Source: Octopus sinensis
Lineage: Eukaryota
Direction: 5' to 3'
DNA: 25,034 nucleotides
Assembly: GCF_006345805.1 (NCBI RefSeq)
Contig: NW_021836247.1
Span: forward strand, 1 to 25,034
Shown one piece after another: positions 9,982 to 21,535 of the stretch. The notes beneath the pieces are model-generated. The model was not told where the DNA came from. It saw nothing but the letters and a program-made list of their open reading frames with translations, and did no database searches. The stretch's first letter is position 1. Each line of letters begins with the position of its first letter. The position numbers were made by a program, and so were the translations under genes.

Positions 9982-10135
9982 TATATATATATATATATAT
10001 ATAACACATTTCATAAATATTTGAATAAACGTTTACAGATTCAGACGCAGGAGTATTCAACAGATTCTTCTTCAATACATATTTTTCATTGTGGGAATGT
10101 GCGTATATATATATAGAGAGAAAGAGACAGAGGCG

Positions 10136-10224
<89 letters not shown>

Positions 10225-10244
10225 TGATAGATAGATAGATAGAC

Positions 10245-10305
<61 letters not shown>
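10136..10305. repeat. (GATA)n microsatellite
   Basis: Direct reading. Confidence 0.95.
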
Positions 10306-10902
10306 CATGTGTATGTAAGTATTTATGGTTGTGCATATATACACGTATAACCATATATATATTTATACAGACATATATATATATATGGACTTATATACAC
10401 AGACACGTATAAAAAGACACATGCATGTAAATACACACACATATATACATACACACAGACAGATTCACATACACACACAAACATGTGTATATATTTATAT
10501 AAACACTGACGTTGTTACTTGCATACACCTACATTACATGCGCAACAGTTTACACGGGCATACACATGTCCTCGTTAATAAACACATGTTCATATGATTA
10601 TTCCATCTATTGAACACATATTGAACGACTTGATCTACAACCTCTCCTATAGACACACGTACACACACGTACACACACAAACATCTACAAAACACACAGG
10701 CACACACTAACATATACGCATTCAAATATGGACGCCCGAAACAATAAGGCGTCCATTTTAGCAATAAATATCCAAACGTAGTGGAACTTATTTCTCTGAC
10801 CACATATTGATTAGCAAGCATTTCACACATGCTTGCTTGGGCAAACCGTTACAAGGGCAATGCCACAGATATAACACACCTCTCTCTCTCTCTCTCTCTC
10901 TC

Positions 10903-10947
<45 letters not shown>

Positions 10948-11183
10948 CCTAATACATACACTGCAATATAAACAAAGACATACACATGGTTGTTCATGGC
11001 ATATTCATCCGCACTTACAGTTTCATACATACGTCCGCTATCCAATAAACGTAATATTACATGCTGTCTCACATTACGTCGGCAATAAATGTCAACGTTA
11101 TTAAGATGTACGGCCACATGGGACTTAATGATAAGTCTTGTTGGTATATAGTGGCGGATATATAATATAGTGTATATATATAT

Positions 11184-11385
11184 GTTATTCTTTAACAAGA
11201 ATGGTATTGATAGGGACTCCGAAGTTTCGGCCAGCCAAGCCATCATTGAACAGTCAAATAATGGGTTAACAAGCCGAAACTCCGAAGTCACTGCCAATAC
11301 TATTTTTGTTTTAGAATTAAATTTGTACTCTACAAAAGTATAGAGTAACCAATCAGATTAGGGCAAAATTGTTTTTATTATATTT
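11184..11385 (+). ncRNA. TA-flanked fold-back (11184-11322) with head-to-head degenerate hammerhead motifs, followed by a unique tail
   Basis: + arm: CAGT-CAAATAA-T-GGGTT-aac-AAGCC-GAAAC-T-CCGA-AGT-C-ACTG; - arm: TCAATGA-T-GGCTT..GCC-GAAAC-T-TCGG-AGT-C; arms align without gaps at roughly 70% identity. Confidence 0.55.
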
Positions 11386-11419
11386 GAATATACATACATA
11401 CATATGTGTGTGTGTTTAC

Positions 11420-11560
11420 GGTGGCGAGCTAGCAAATCCTTCAGTACAACGGACAAAATGCGTAGCGGCCTTTCCTTTAGCCTTTTACTCACTGTGAGCA
11501 AAGCCCAACAAAATTAACTTAGTCTTGACCCCTCCCCTCGAAACGGTGCTTGCCTGGGAG
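11420..11560 (+). mobile_element. Highly degenerate SINE family B copy
   Basis: ggtggcgagctagcaaatcc..caaaatgcgtagcggc head; cttgacccctcccctcgaaa tail-like segment. Confidence 0.45.
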
Positions 11561-11770
11561 CCTGCGAGTGACCGGCGTCCCGTCTCGGCAGAATCTTGTG
11601 ATCTCGATCGTTTGTATACGCCATTGTAATTAGTTAAACCGATTTTATGAATCTTAGAACTCAAGGGAAAACAAATATTTATGCATATAAATATATATGG
11701 ATACGTAGTAGGGAATGATATTCATATGATATACTTGTATGTCTGTGAAACTTCTATTCTAATCATTAAA

Positions 11771-11933
11771 TAGATATGTCTGCGTGGTTACGAAGGTCGC
11801 TTTGTAACCGCGTGGTTTTGGGTTCAATACCATTGTGCGGAACCTTGGGCAAACAAGGTTCTTCTATAATCCTCGGTTGACCGATAGTTTGTGAGTAAAT
11901 TTGGTAGACGGAAACTGTATGAAAGCCCACCGT

Positions 11934-11994
<61 letters not shown>

Positions 11995-12026
11995 CAGATA
12001 GACAGACTGACAGACAGACAGATAGG

Positions 12027-12078
<52 letters not shown>

Positions 12079-12192
12079 CAGACAGACATAGATAGATAGA
12101 TAGACAGACAGACATAGATAGACAGACAGACAGACATAGATAGACAGTCAGATAGATAGACAGACAGACAGATATATATAGACAGACAGATT

Positions 12193-12262
<70 letters not shown>

Positions 12263-12463
12263 CTCGTGTCTCTCTGTGCATGCGTCTCTCTCCGTCATCA
12301 CAACTTGACAGCCGACATTTTGTTTACGCCCCTGTAACGCAGCGGTTCGACAAAAGAAACCGATAGAGTAAATAATAGATTTTTAGGCGATTTGTTCGAC
12401 TAATCTGTTCAAGGCGTCGGCCCCGCATGGCGGCCGCAGACGAATGCCTGAAATGAGTAAAAG
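11771..12463 (+). mobile_element. SINE family C, old full-length copy with internal (GATA/GACA)n array at 11935-12260
   Basis: 5' half (ccttgggcaa, ttggtagacggaaactg) and 3' half (gcggttcgacaaaagaaaccgatagag, gatttgttcgact, gcatggcggccgcag) flank the array. Confidence 0.85.
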
Positions 12464-12989
12464 CTAAACAGGTGAAGATATACAAAGATTTGATATTTAA
12501 TACGAAAGATGGAGTAAAAAGACGGAAAAGGTATCGAGCGAAAGAAGAAGAAAGAAAGGGAAACAGACTAAGGGAAGTGGTAAAGGGAGACATTTAAGGA
12601 GAGAAAGTAACTATATATACTTTGACAATTGTTTTACTGGGGATAAAAATGGAGCTCAAAGTTTAATTGTAGCTTAGAGAATGTATCTCTTTATAAGAGA
12701 TAACGTGAGAAGACAATACTTATAAGGAGAGAGGGAGAGTAAAATCTGACTTGAGACAAAGGAGAAAGTGATATTACGAAGCAGAACGAAAGTTCGTTTC
12801 TGACTGAGGAAAGGTGTGAGATGCTGACAGATGCTGCTTCTTTGTATAGGAGTGGTAGTTAACAAAAGCTAGCATAAAATTTAGCAAAATAAACTACGTG
12901 ACGAGAGGATTGTGAATATAAAGTAGACAATAAAAAGAAAAGAAGGGAGGCACGCGAACGGTAAAGAAGATAGATACGATTCAATGCAA

Positions 12990-12992
<3 letters not shown>

Positions 12993-13028
<36 letters not shown>

Positions 13029-13052
13029 TATTATTATTATCATTATTATTAA

Positions 13053-13093
<41 letters not shown>
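12993..13093. repeat. (ATT)n microsatellite
   Basis: Direct reading. Confidence 0.95.
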
Positions 13094-13094
<1 letters not shown>

Positions 13095-13410
13095 GAGAAG
13101 AAAGGAAAGAAAATGTCGGCAAAAAAAAATGTCGTTAATAAATGTATTAGAAAAACGATTGCAAAAGTTAAATTGGAAAATAAATTGAGGTGAGAACTGA
13201 AAAAAAAAGTTCGCTATTAAACCAGAGAAAATAAAAGATAAATAGCGATAAAGTGGAATAAAGTTGAAAGTTCTGCAATATACAGCGCTTCAAAAAATAG
13301 TTTCTGTCGATATAAAACAAAAAAAGATGGACACCAAAATTCACAAAGCAGGTTTCGCAGCACACTTTTGAACCGCATGGGAAGACTTTGACATTAAATT
13401 CGAGATTATA

Positions 13411-13450
13411 TACATACATACATACATACATACATACATACATACATACA

Positions 13451-13480
<30 letters not shown>
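13411..13480. repeat. (TACA)n microsatellite
   Basis: Direct reading. Confidence 0.95.
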
Positions 13481-13481
<1 letters not shown>

Positions 13482-13656
13482 GCAAACTTAAGGTGATATT
13501 ACTGGCGATACCCCAGTGTGACCACAGCCTTTAGGCTGAAGCTGGATTGAAATCACTTACCTATATATAATGTTTTTCATCCTGAGACACGAAATGTGTT
13601 TCTGAAAATGCTCGAAGCTTCAAATATGTCACGAAGAATAAAGAATAAAGAATAAA

Positions 13657-14055
13657 GGCGACGAAAAGACAGAATCGTTAGCACGCCGGGCGAGGTGCTT
13701 TGCGGCATTTCGTCTGCCGTTACATTCTGAGTTCAAATTCCACCGAGGTCGACTTTGCCTTTCATCTTTTCGGGGTCGATTAAATAAGTACCAGTTACGC
13801 ACTGGGGTCGATGTAATCGACTTAATCCGTTTGTCTGTCCTTGTTTGTCCCCTCTGTCTTTAGTCCCTTGTGGGTAGTAAAGAAATAGGTATTTCGTCCG
13901 TCTTTACGTTCAAAGTTCAAATTCCACAGAGGCCGACTTTACCTTTCATCCTTTTTCGAGATCGATAAAATAAGTACCAGTTGAGTACGGGAGTCGTTGT
14001 AAGCGACTTATCACCTTCACCCAGATTTGCAGGTCTTGTGCCAAAATTTGAAACC
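13657..14055 (+). mobile_element. SINE family B partial dimer; second unit has a different tail (..ggtcttgtgccaaaatttgaaacc)
   Basis: Junction aaagaaata|ggtatttcgtc at 13887/13888. Confidence 0.85.
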
Positions 14056-14696
14056 AAAATGAAGAATTGTTATATAATATTAATTCTGTAAATTCTCAGC
14101 AGAGCCCTTCGGGGGACCACTACTGTTTGTGGTGGCTCTTTCAGACACTCCCTTAAATATACAGTCAGCCACTCTCTTACACAGGACCAGGAGGTAGTGC
14201 AATCTCAGAGTCAGAGTGGTTGTGTACCTGGAAATCCACATGAGTGATGATGCAACATTCCATGTGCATATTTCCCAGATGGCAGCGCTGTGCATGCGAG
14301 TGGGAAAAGGATACCATGCTACTCGTTTGGAGAATATTCGTCCTCAGTCACCAAGGCTTCTGCTCCCGACTGTGGTCGCCACAAAGCGTCAAACAAATTG
14401 TGGAACTCAGGGCAACATAACGCCACTACAAAAAGACTAACACGGTGCAAAAGATGAGCTCTTAGGAGAAGCTGAAGGAACTGAGGCTGTTCTCCCCGGA
14501 GAAAAGACGCGAAAGATATGCAGTGATACACATATGGAAGATTCTGGAAGATCTAGCAGCCAACTTCAGGATTGAAAGTTATACCAACCACCGAAATAGA
14601 CAGCATTTCTTACTAACAAAGATCCTGTCTTTTCCATCTAGAATAAGGCCATGATACAACGTAAGTTTGAATAGCTCACAACTTTCCAACATACTT

Positions 14697-14927
14697 ATAT
14701 CTTTATTGCCCACAAGGGGCTAAACAAGGAGGGGACAAACAAGGACAGACAAAGGGATTAAGTCGATTACGTCGACCCTAGTGCGTAGCTGGTACTTAAT
14801 TTATCGACCCCCGAAAGGATGAAAGGCAAAGTCGACCTCGGCGGAATTTAAACTCAGAACGTAACTGCAGACGAAATACCGCTAAGCATTTCGCCCGGCG
14901 TGCTAACGTTTCTGCCAGCTCGCCGCC
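14697..14927 (-). mobile_element. SINE family B monomer nested in the CR1 LINE
   Basis: Full head ggcggcgagctggcag to tail gtgggcaataaagatata. Confidence 0.9.
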
Positions 14928-14928
14928 T

Positions 14929-15003
14929 TTAAAAACACAACAGGCAACCCGGTCCAGGAATCGAACTCACAACGTCACGATCGTAAGCTCGACGCTCTAA
15001 CCA
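14929..15003 (-). mobile_element. SINE family A head fragment fused upstream of the nested SINE B
   Basis: Reverse complement ttagagcgtcgagcttacgatcgtgacgttgtgagttcgattcctggaccggg nearly matches the 2396-2500 copy. Confidence 0.85.
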
Positions 15004-15684
15004 AACAGCGTCAGAGATCTGCGAGATGTAGACAGATATACAAAGAGGTTCTAAGAGAACGTTTGGACAAACTTTTTATGAGATGCCGTATAAACCCACA
15101 TCGCGACAGGAAACACAAAGTAGAGCAGCTTCTATCCAACTCGCTACTTCATCAGAAACAATTCCGGAAGAAAAAACAGAACCATTCTAAGGACAGTGTC
15201 CTAGCATGGCCGCAGCGTCTGGTTGAAACTAATAAAAGATTAAGAGAAAAGCTGTATCTAAATCTATATTTATTGAGTGGTTCTGTAGCGACATGTCAGC
15301 ATAAAATTTGAGAAATGGGAATTTTATAAGCTTTCACAATCTATTTCAAATATGTCACTTTCAGCCACGTGCTTATCTATATATAATGTAAATTACTTCT
15401 CGCTTCTCCAGCAGACGAAAGTTCGAGCTGTGTGTCTTTTTAGAATGCAGTGCATTTGCAGAAATACAAATTGTTTCGATTTCTGGAAAATTCTTTACGC
15501 ATTGGCTCCAAATGCCTTTTCTCTTTTTAGTTTAATTTGATTAAGTCTATATCACATTAAGGCAATTTGCACTGACCTTTGTTCAGCGTGCACTCTAGTA
15601 GATTTGGTGCTTGAAGATGAATTTCTTGTGAGCTCTAGGAAGTAATTATATTTGTGTTGATACATACATACATACATATTGATG

Positions 15685-15977
<293 letters not shown>

Positions 15978-16450
15978 AATATAAAGAAAGTCAGGAGGTA
16001 TGAGATGAATATATTTGTTTCACCAGTTTCGCATAGGCGTAACGCTACTAATAACTACTTGTTAGAACTCGATACATTTATACTTTAGGGTAGATCACCA
16101 AGTGAGTAGAGATCTTAATATCAACTAATGAATGACGAACGAAAAGTAGTCGTTCATTGGCTTACAGCTGTTTCTGCAATCAATAGATTGCACTCAGAAA
16201 CCAGTGCTCTTTCGACGTATTTTCGTTTCCTGCGAAACATTTAAATAATGAAGGAATCTATAAGAGGTCGCATGAGCATTCAGCTGTGAGTGCAAGCTTC
16301 TTAGCTTCTTATAGCAGGAAGCTAATATTAAGCTAATAAAAGTGATTATGTAACCACCGTTCTTTTGCCATACATTAATTGATATATACTTTACTTAGGG
16401 TTTACTCTAAATATACGAATACGTGCGTACATACATATATATGTATAAGC

Positions 16451-16501
<51 letters not shown>

Positions 16502-16548
16502 TGTGCGTGCGTGCGTCTGTATACACACACATACCTCTCCACATATAA

Positions 16549-16963
16549 TATTTCATTACTACCCACAAGGGGCTAAACACAGAGGGGACAAACAAGGACA
16601 GACAAACGGATTAAGTCGATTATATCGACCCCAGTGCGTAAGTGGTACTTTATTTATCGACACCGAAAGGATGAAAGGCAAAGCCGACCTTGGCGGAATT
16701 TGAACTCAGAACGTAACGACAGACGAAATACCTATTTCTTTACTACCCACGAGGGGCTAAACGCAGAGGGGACAAACAAGGACAGACAAACGGATTAAGT
16801 CGATTATATCGACCCCAGTGCGTAACTGGTACTTAATTTATCGACCCTGAAAGTATGAAAGGCAAAGTCGACCTCGGCAGAATTTGAACTCAGAACGTAG
16901 CGGCAAACGAAGTACAGCTACGTATTTCGCCTGGCGTGCTAACGTTTCTGCCAGCTCGCCGCC
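16549..16963 (-). mobile_element. SINE family B partial dimer with 16-bp TSD
   Basis: Junction at 16732/16733; TSD acctctccacatataa at 16533-16548 and 16970-16985. Confidence 0.92.
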
Positions 16964-17250
16964 TTTTAGACCTCTCCACATATAAGTGATGTGTATATTA
17001 TGTGATATATAACCACACCCACCCACTCACACATTTCACTTCCGGCTTAATCAAACACCCGCTACTAACCTGCTTGTTGAGTCACACCCTCATACGCACA
17101 TCACACACACATACACAGTGATCATTTTCGCATTCTCATGTCCAAAAAAACACTTTCTCTATCTCCTTCTACTTCCGGTTATTGCAGCATTATAACTACT
17201 CACGTGGTGTTGGTTATTTCTTTTCCCTCTTTGAACTTTTCCCTTTCTCC

Positions 17251-17283
17251 TTTTTGACGAAGAGCTATGCTCGAAACGTCAAT
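17251..17283 (+). ncRNA. Minimal type I hammerhead ribozyme motif (C3U variant), at the head of a Penelope-like terminal repeat
   Basis: TTGACGA-A-GAGC-tat-GCTC-GAAAC-GTC; palindromic ACGT helix III; predicted cleavage after 17280; helix I weak (2 bp). Confidence 0.65.
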
Positions 17284-17635
17284 CTCTCTCTCTTTTTACT
17301 GAGCGTCAAACTAATACATTCCTTGTGCACGTCCTCCTCTTGTCTGTCAATTTTATCAATCGTGTATTGAATTGATGGTTTATTTGAATTTACTATATAC
17401 ATATAGACATACATACATACATACATATATATGTATATATATGTGTGTGTATGTGTGTGTGTATGTGTGTGTGTGGTAAACAGATTTGTGTATTTTCCCC
17501 TTGTTAACAATTAACACGTAAAAATATATATATAAATAGTTACCAGGGTAGCAACTTTGGAATAATACCAGTGATATCTTCGAAACATGTGTCGGAAGTA
17601 AAGGAATTTGAATAACACCTTCGTTTAACTCCATT

Positions 17636-17671
<36 letters not shown>

Positions 17672-17774
17672 ATATATAGTGTGTGTGTGTGTGTGAGTAT
17701 GTATGTAATATCGTTAGCCACTACACACATTTTTTTTCTCTCCATGTTTTCTTCCTTGCTTTTTTCTGTGTACC

Positions 17775-17808
17775 TTTCTGTAGAAGAGCATAGGCTCGAA
17801 ACGTAAAA
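17775..17808 (+). ncRNA. Minimal type I hammerhead ribozyme motif (A6U variant)
   Basis: TTT-CTGTAGA-A-GAGC-atag-GCTC-GAAAC-GTA-AAA; predicted cleavage after 17805; downstream sequence homologous to that of the 17251 copy. Confidence 0.6.
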
Positions 17809-18247
17809 TTCTTTTTCTATTCCTGAGCGTTATACTAATACATTTGTTTCTTTTGTACACCACCTGTCTTCGTCTTTTGTTTTTTTCGTAAACTCTCCCT
17901 ATATATATATGTGTGTGTGTGTGTGTGGTGTGTGTGTGTGTGTGTGTGTGTGTGCATATTTATATATATTCATACATACGTGCATACATACCTACATGTA
18001 CACATATACACTTGCATCATACATAAAATTACAGCTAAGTTTAATAAGCATTCGATTAGGTGTCATTCCTCTGTTTTTGTGTAATTTATCACACTTAGCC
18101 ATCTATGTACAATGTGGTTCGAAGTCGTGTGGTGATGAAACGATTGTGACTAATATTAAACTAATGCTATGTTCAACTTCATCTCTGTCTCATGTTTTTA
18201 GGTATTATGTGTTTATGCATCTGTGTGATTGTCTATACACACTTACG

Positions 18248-18330
18248 TATGTATGTATGTATGTATGTATGTATGTATGTATGTATGTATGTATGTATGT
18301 ATGTATGTACGCAGCTATGTATGTATGTAT
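18248..18330. repeat. (TATG)n microsatellite
   Basis: Direct reading. Confidence 0.95.
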
Positions 18331-19731
18331 GAGTCGAATAGTTACAAAGTTGATCAATTATTAGAATATAATGATTATTGTACAAGTGCTGCACGTTTTA
18401 ATATCTTCTTCAATGGATTGCACCTTTTGAACTGATCTATCTTTATTTTATATTTACATGAAAAGAAGACACCAGTTAATTCCTTGTTAATTCAAAGATG
18501 CAGTAACGTAGTTTCGCTATCTGTTTTCAATATAAATTCAATATTTTCTTCTAAAGATAATCGAGTTACATTTTCAATTTCCTTTACCAAATTTTCAAAC
18601 GGATTGTATAAAGTCTGTGATAAAGAAAATGTCTTATTTCAAACGAGGAGGCATATTTTATTAGAAAACTTATGGATCCGTCAATTTGTTAAGTGGCTTC
18701 GGTCTTTCAATGCCAGTTTGGAAGATTCCTTTGAGAGTCAGTATAGCTTAGAAGATTAACTTATTCAATACCAATAATGCGTTTGCTACCGTTAAACTGA
18801 AAATCAAATTTATTAGCAATCTCTGAATAATGTTTGGGGTACCTCGTTATTGAGCTGTCTCTTTATTTATTCCATCGGCCATTACATTATCCATACACAC
18901 TTGTGTGATGTTGGGTGAGCATTGTCAAAATAATCTTTAATCATAGGCTGTAAAGGGAAAAGCCTTGTTCGTGTCAGCGTCGGGAACCTTTGTGAAAATT
19001 ATGCAGCTATCAGTTAGCTTTACACGCCGTGTACAAACGAAATAGGAAAATAAGAAAATATCCTAAATATTTCGCTTTCGTTTCATCGTTGATGAGGTGG
19101 TCAATTTTAGGTAATTGAAAAGCATCCAATTCTGTAAAGCGATTTATCGCAAAGCCCTAATCAACTCCTATTCTTCTTTTATGGTGTCATTCTTTAGAAA
19201 TCAGCGTCTGCGCTTTCCTAGGTGACAGAATCGATTCTAAAATACATTTTGTTGAGTGGTGCCTTCACATGCTGTTCAATGAAATTACAGTCTTACAACC
19301 CTCTTGACAACAACGCCTTGATTTAGTGGCAATAAGACGGACAGTTTCCCCCTAAAAGCCTGAAAAGTTGAAATGGATGTACATTTTTAGAAATAATTGT
19401 ATTACTTTGTAAAGGTAGTTTTAGCTTTGTTTTTTTTTGTTTTGTTTTTTTTTTGTCTTTTTACTTTATGTTTGGGGGGAAATAAAATAACGATGCCGTT
19501 TCGTCAACATGTACTTATATTCGCGACTGTAAATCCTCAAGGTATAAAAGATTCGGCAAAAACCTCGAGGAAATAGAAATCTCCCACATTTAATAGTAAT
19601 TCGGGAGAACAAACACAACTATAGGTGCGCATGTGCGTATGCATGTGCGTTATCTATGTATAGATGTGTATGTACAGGTATATATATGTGTGTGTGTGTG
19701 CATGCATATATATATATATATATGTATGTAT

Positions 19732-19762
<31 letters not shown>

Positions 19763-19789
19763 GAGAGAGAGATATATAGATGGATAGAA

Positions 19790-19803
19790 TAGATAGATAG
19801 ATA

Positions 19804-19844
<41 letters not shown>

Positions 19845-19866
19845 ATATAGAGATAGATAGATAGAT

Positions 19867-19898
<32 letters not shown>

Positions 19899-19924
19899 TA
19901 TAATGATATATAGATAGATAGATA
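19790..19924. repeat. Interrupted (GATA)n microsatellite
   Basis: Direct reading. Confidence 0.95.
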
Positions 19925-20186
19925 GTCATCAAGTCATTATTTACCAAAACATATCTCCACTTGAAAAAAGGAAATATTTTAAAGTTCCAAAGTCATGGAA
20001 GCCAGAGGGAAAGACAACTATATCACAGTCATATAAGTTCACTACAATTCAGGGCATTTAATCAAAGTTCTAAATCATGGACAAGTGATTGACAAATAAA
20101 ATCGTGGTAGACTTAATTCGTCTCCCGGTTGTAATACTAAGACGAGTCCATTGCTGTGCAATCATTTAAACTTGTCCCATTTTTAT

Positions 20187-20240
20187 CATTGTCGTCTGCT
20201 TTCATCACCACCATTGTCGTCTGCTTTCATCACCACCATT
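20187..20240. repeat. Perfect 25-bp tandem duplication
   Basis: cattgtcgtctgctttcatcaccac x2 followed by catt. Confidence 0.9.
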
Positions 20241-20609
20241 TTCAGGGCATTCTTTGCCTTGTAGAGACTATACATTTAGACTAAGTCTCTGGTTTGAAGA
20301 GTATCTCAATATCTTCTCGTCTGCCTTCATGCTACTGAGTCGTAGTTCCTTATATCTTTTCCACCCACAACTCTCAGAGACCCTTCAAAATGGTTGGAAT
20401 GGCTTCCTTGCCTCTACTTTTGTCGGCAGAAGACACGAAATACCAGAGGCAAGAAAAGCCCAGTCATTTTGTTCTTGCACCCGTGAACGTGTCTGCTTAT
20501 TATTACATCTTAGCGTGTACTTCTACGAGGACATTTGTGGCTGTGTAAGAACATGTACATAGGTAATTCGTATATCTGTGCCATTATGTATATTATAAAC
20601 ATTCAGTCG

Positions 20610-20992
20610 TATCAACTATTGCTCTATCATTGTTACCTAAAGTCTTTCCTTTTCTCTTCATATATTTCGGCTTTGAGTCCCTGGTCTCAAAATATCTGTC
20701 AAATTTATCCATTTCATGCCGCCATCATTTTCGTTATCACACCGTTTTCCTTTTGCGTCCTCCCGGGTCCATGACGTCAGTATTTTCGTCATTCCCTTAC
20801 TAGTCCTCTGGATACACCCGGCCCAAATCCATTTCAAGTATTTCATGGATGTAATAATGGTATTAAGTTTCCTTGTTTTTCGGTTAAATGTCGACGTTTT
20901 ATGACTTGTCTGTCTTATTCCGAGTTTCATTGCGTCATTGACTAATGCAGAAGCTGTCCTTCATTTGGTTGTTCTGTCTCGTTTCAAGCCTG

Positions 20993-20995
<3 letters not shown>
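20610..20995 (-). mobile_element. RTE-type LINE remnant, C-terminal end of ORF2
   Basis: KLGIR..IITSMKYLKWIWAGCIQRTSKGMTKILTSWTREDAKGKR resembles the RTE ORF2 C-terminal motif LKWRWAGHxxR...WT..ILEW.PR..KR; upstream ETRQNNQMKDSFCISQ resembles ETW...L...QR; stops and frameshifts present. Confidence 0.75.
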
Positions 20996-21032
<37 letters not shown>

Positions 21033-21163
21033 AACATACACATACACAAACACTAATATATACATACATACATACACACACGCAGACACAAAAACAGTCA
21101 TATACATATGTAAACAGACATGCATATATATATACATATAAAATACACACATATATGTGTTTA

Positions 21164-21203
<40 letters not shown>

Positions 21204-21265
21204 GAAGAGATAGATATTTAGTTAGGCATGGACACACATATCACAATATCACATACAAACATACA

Positions 21266-21314
<49 letters not shown>

Positions 21315-21535
21315 ATATATATATAATATAATTATATATATATATATATATATACAAATATGCTTATACGTATATGTGACACGCATATACATACACACAC
21401 ACACATATATATATACACTGTAATGTATATATATATACATATGTACATTTGAAATATGTGTGTTTGGGAGTATGTATGTATATATATATGTGTGTGTGTG
21501 TGTATACATGGTATGTGCGTGCGTGTGTGTGTGTG
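20996..21535. repeat. Compound CA/TA/TACA low-complexity tract
   Basis: Direct reading. Confidence 0.9.

Larger units (their letters stand above)
14095..15250 (+). mobile_element. CR1-type LINE remnant (3' part of ORF2 + 3' tail), decayed, internally deleted and interrupted by SINEs
   Basis: GPLLFVVALSD (from 14114; RT motif resembling PQGSVLGPLLF), YLEIHMSDDATF, FCSRLWSP, EKLKELRLFSPEKRRERYAVIHIWKIL, SQLSNIL|PNSVRDL continuing in frame across the 14697-15000 insert, PTSRQE..SNSLLHQ; stops and frameshifts present. Confidence 0.85.

Noticed and set aside
10728-10756. 9-bp GC hairpin atggacgcc/ggcgtccat
   Set aside because: Isolated and too short to assign; no Helitron CTRR end or other supporting context
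14216-14440. ORF as a functional RT gene
   Set aside because: It is a frameshifted fragment of the decayed CR1 ORF2; the catalytic YADD region is deleted and in-frame stops follow
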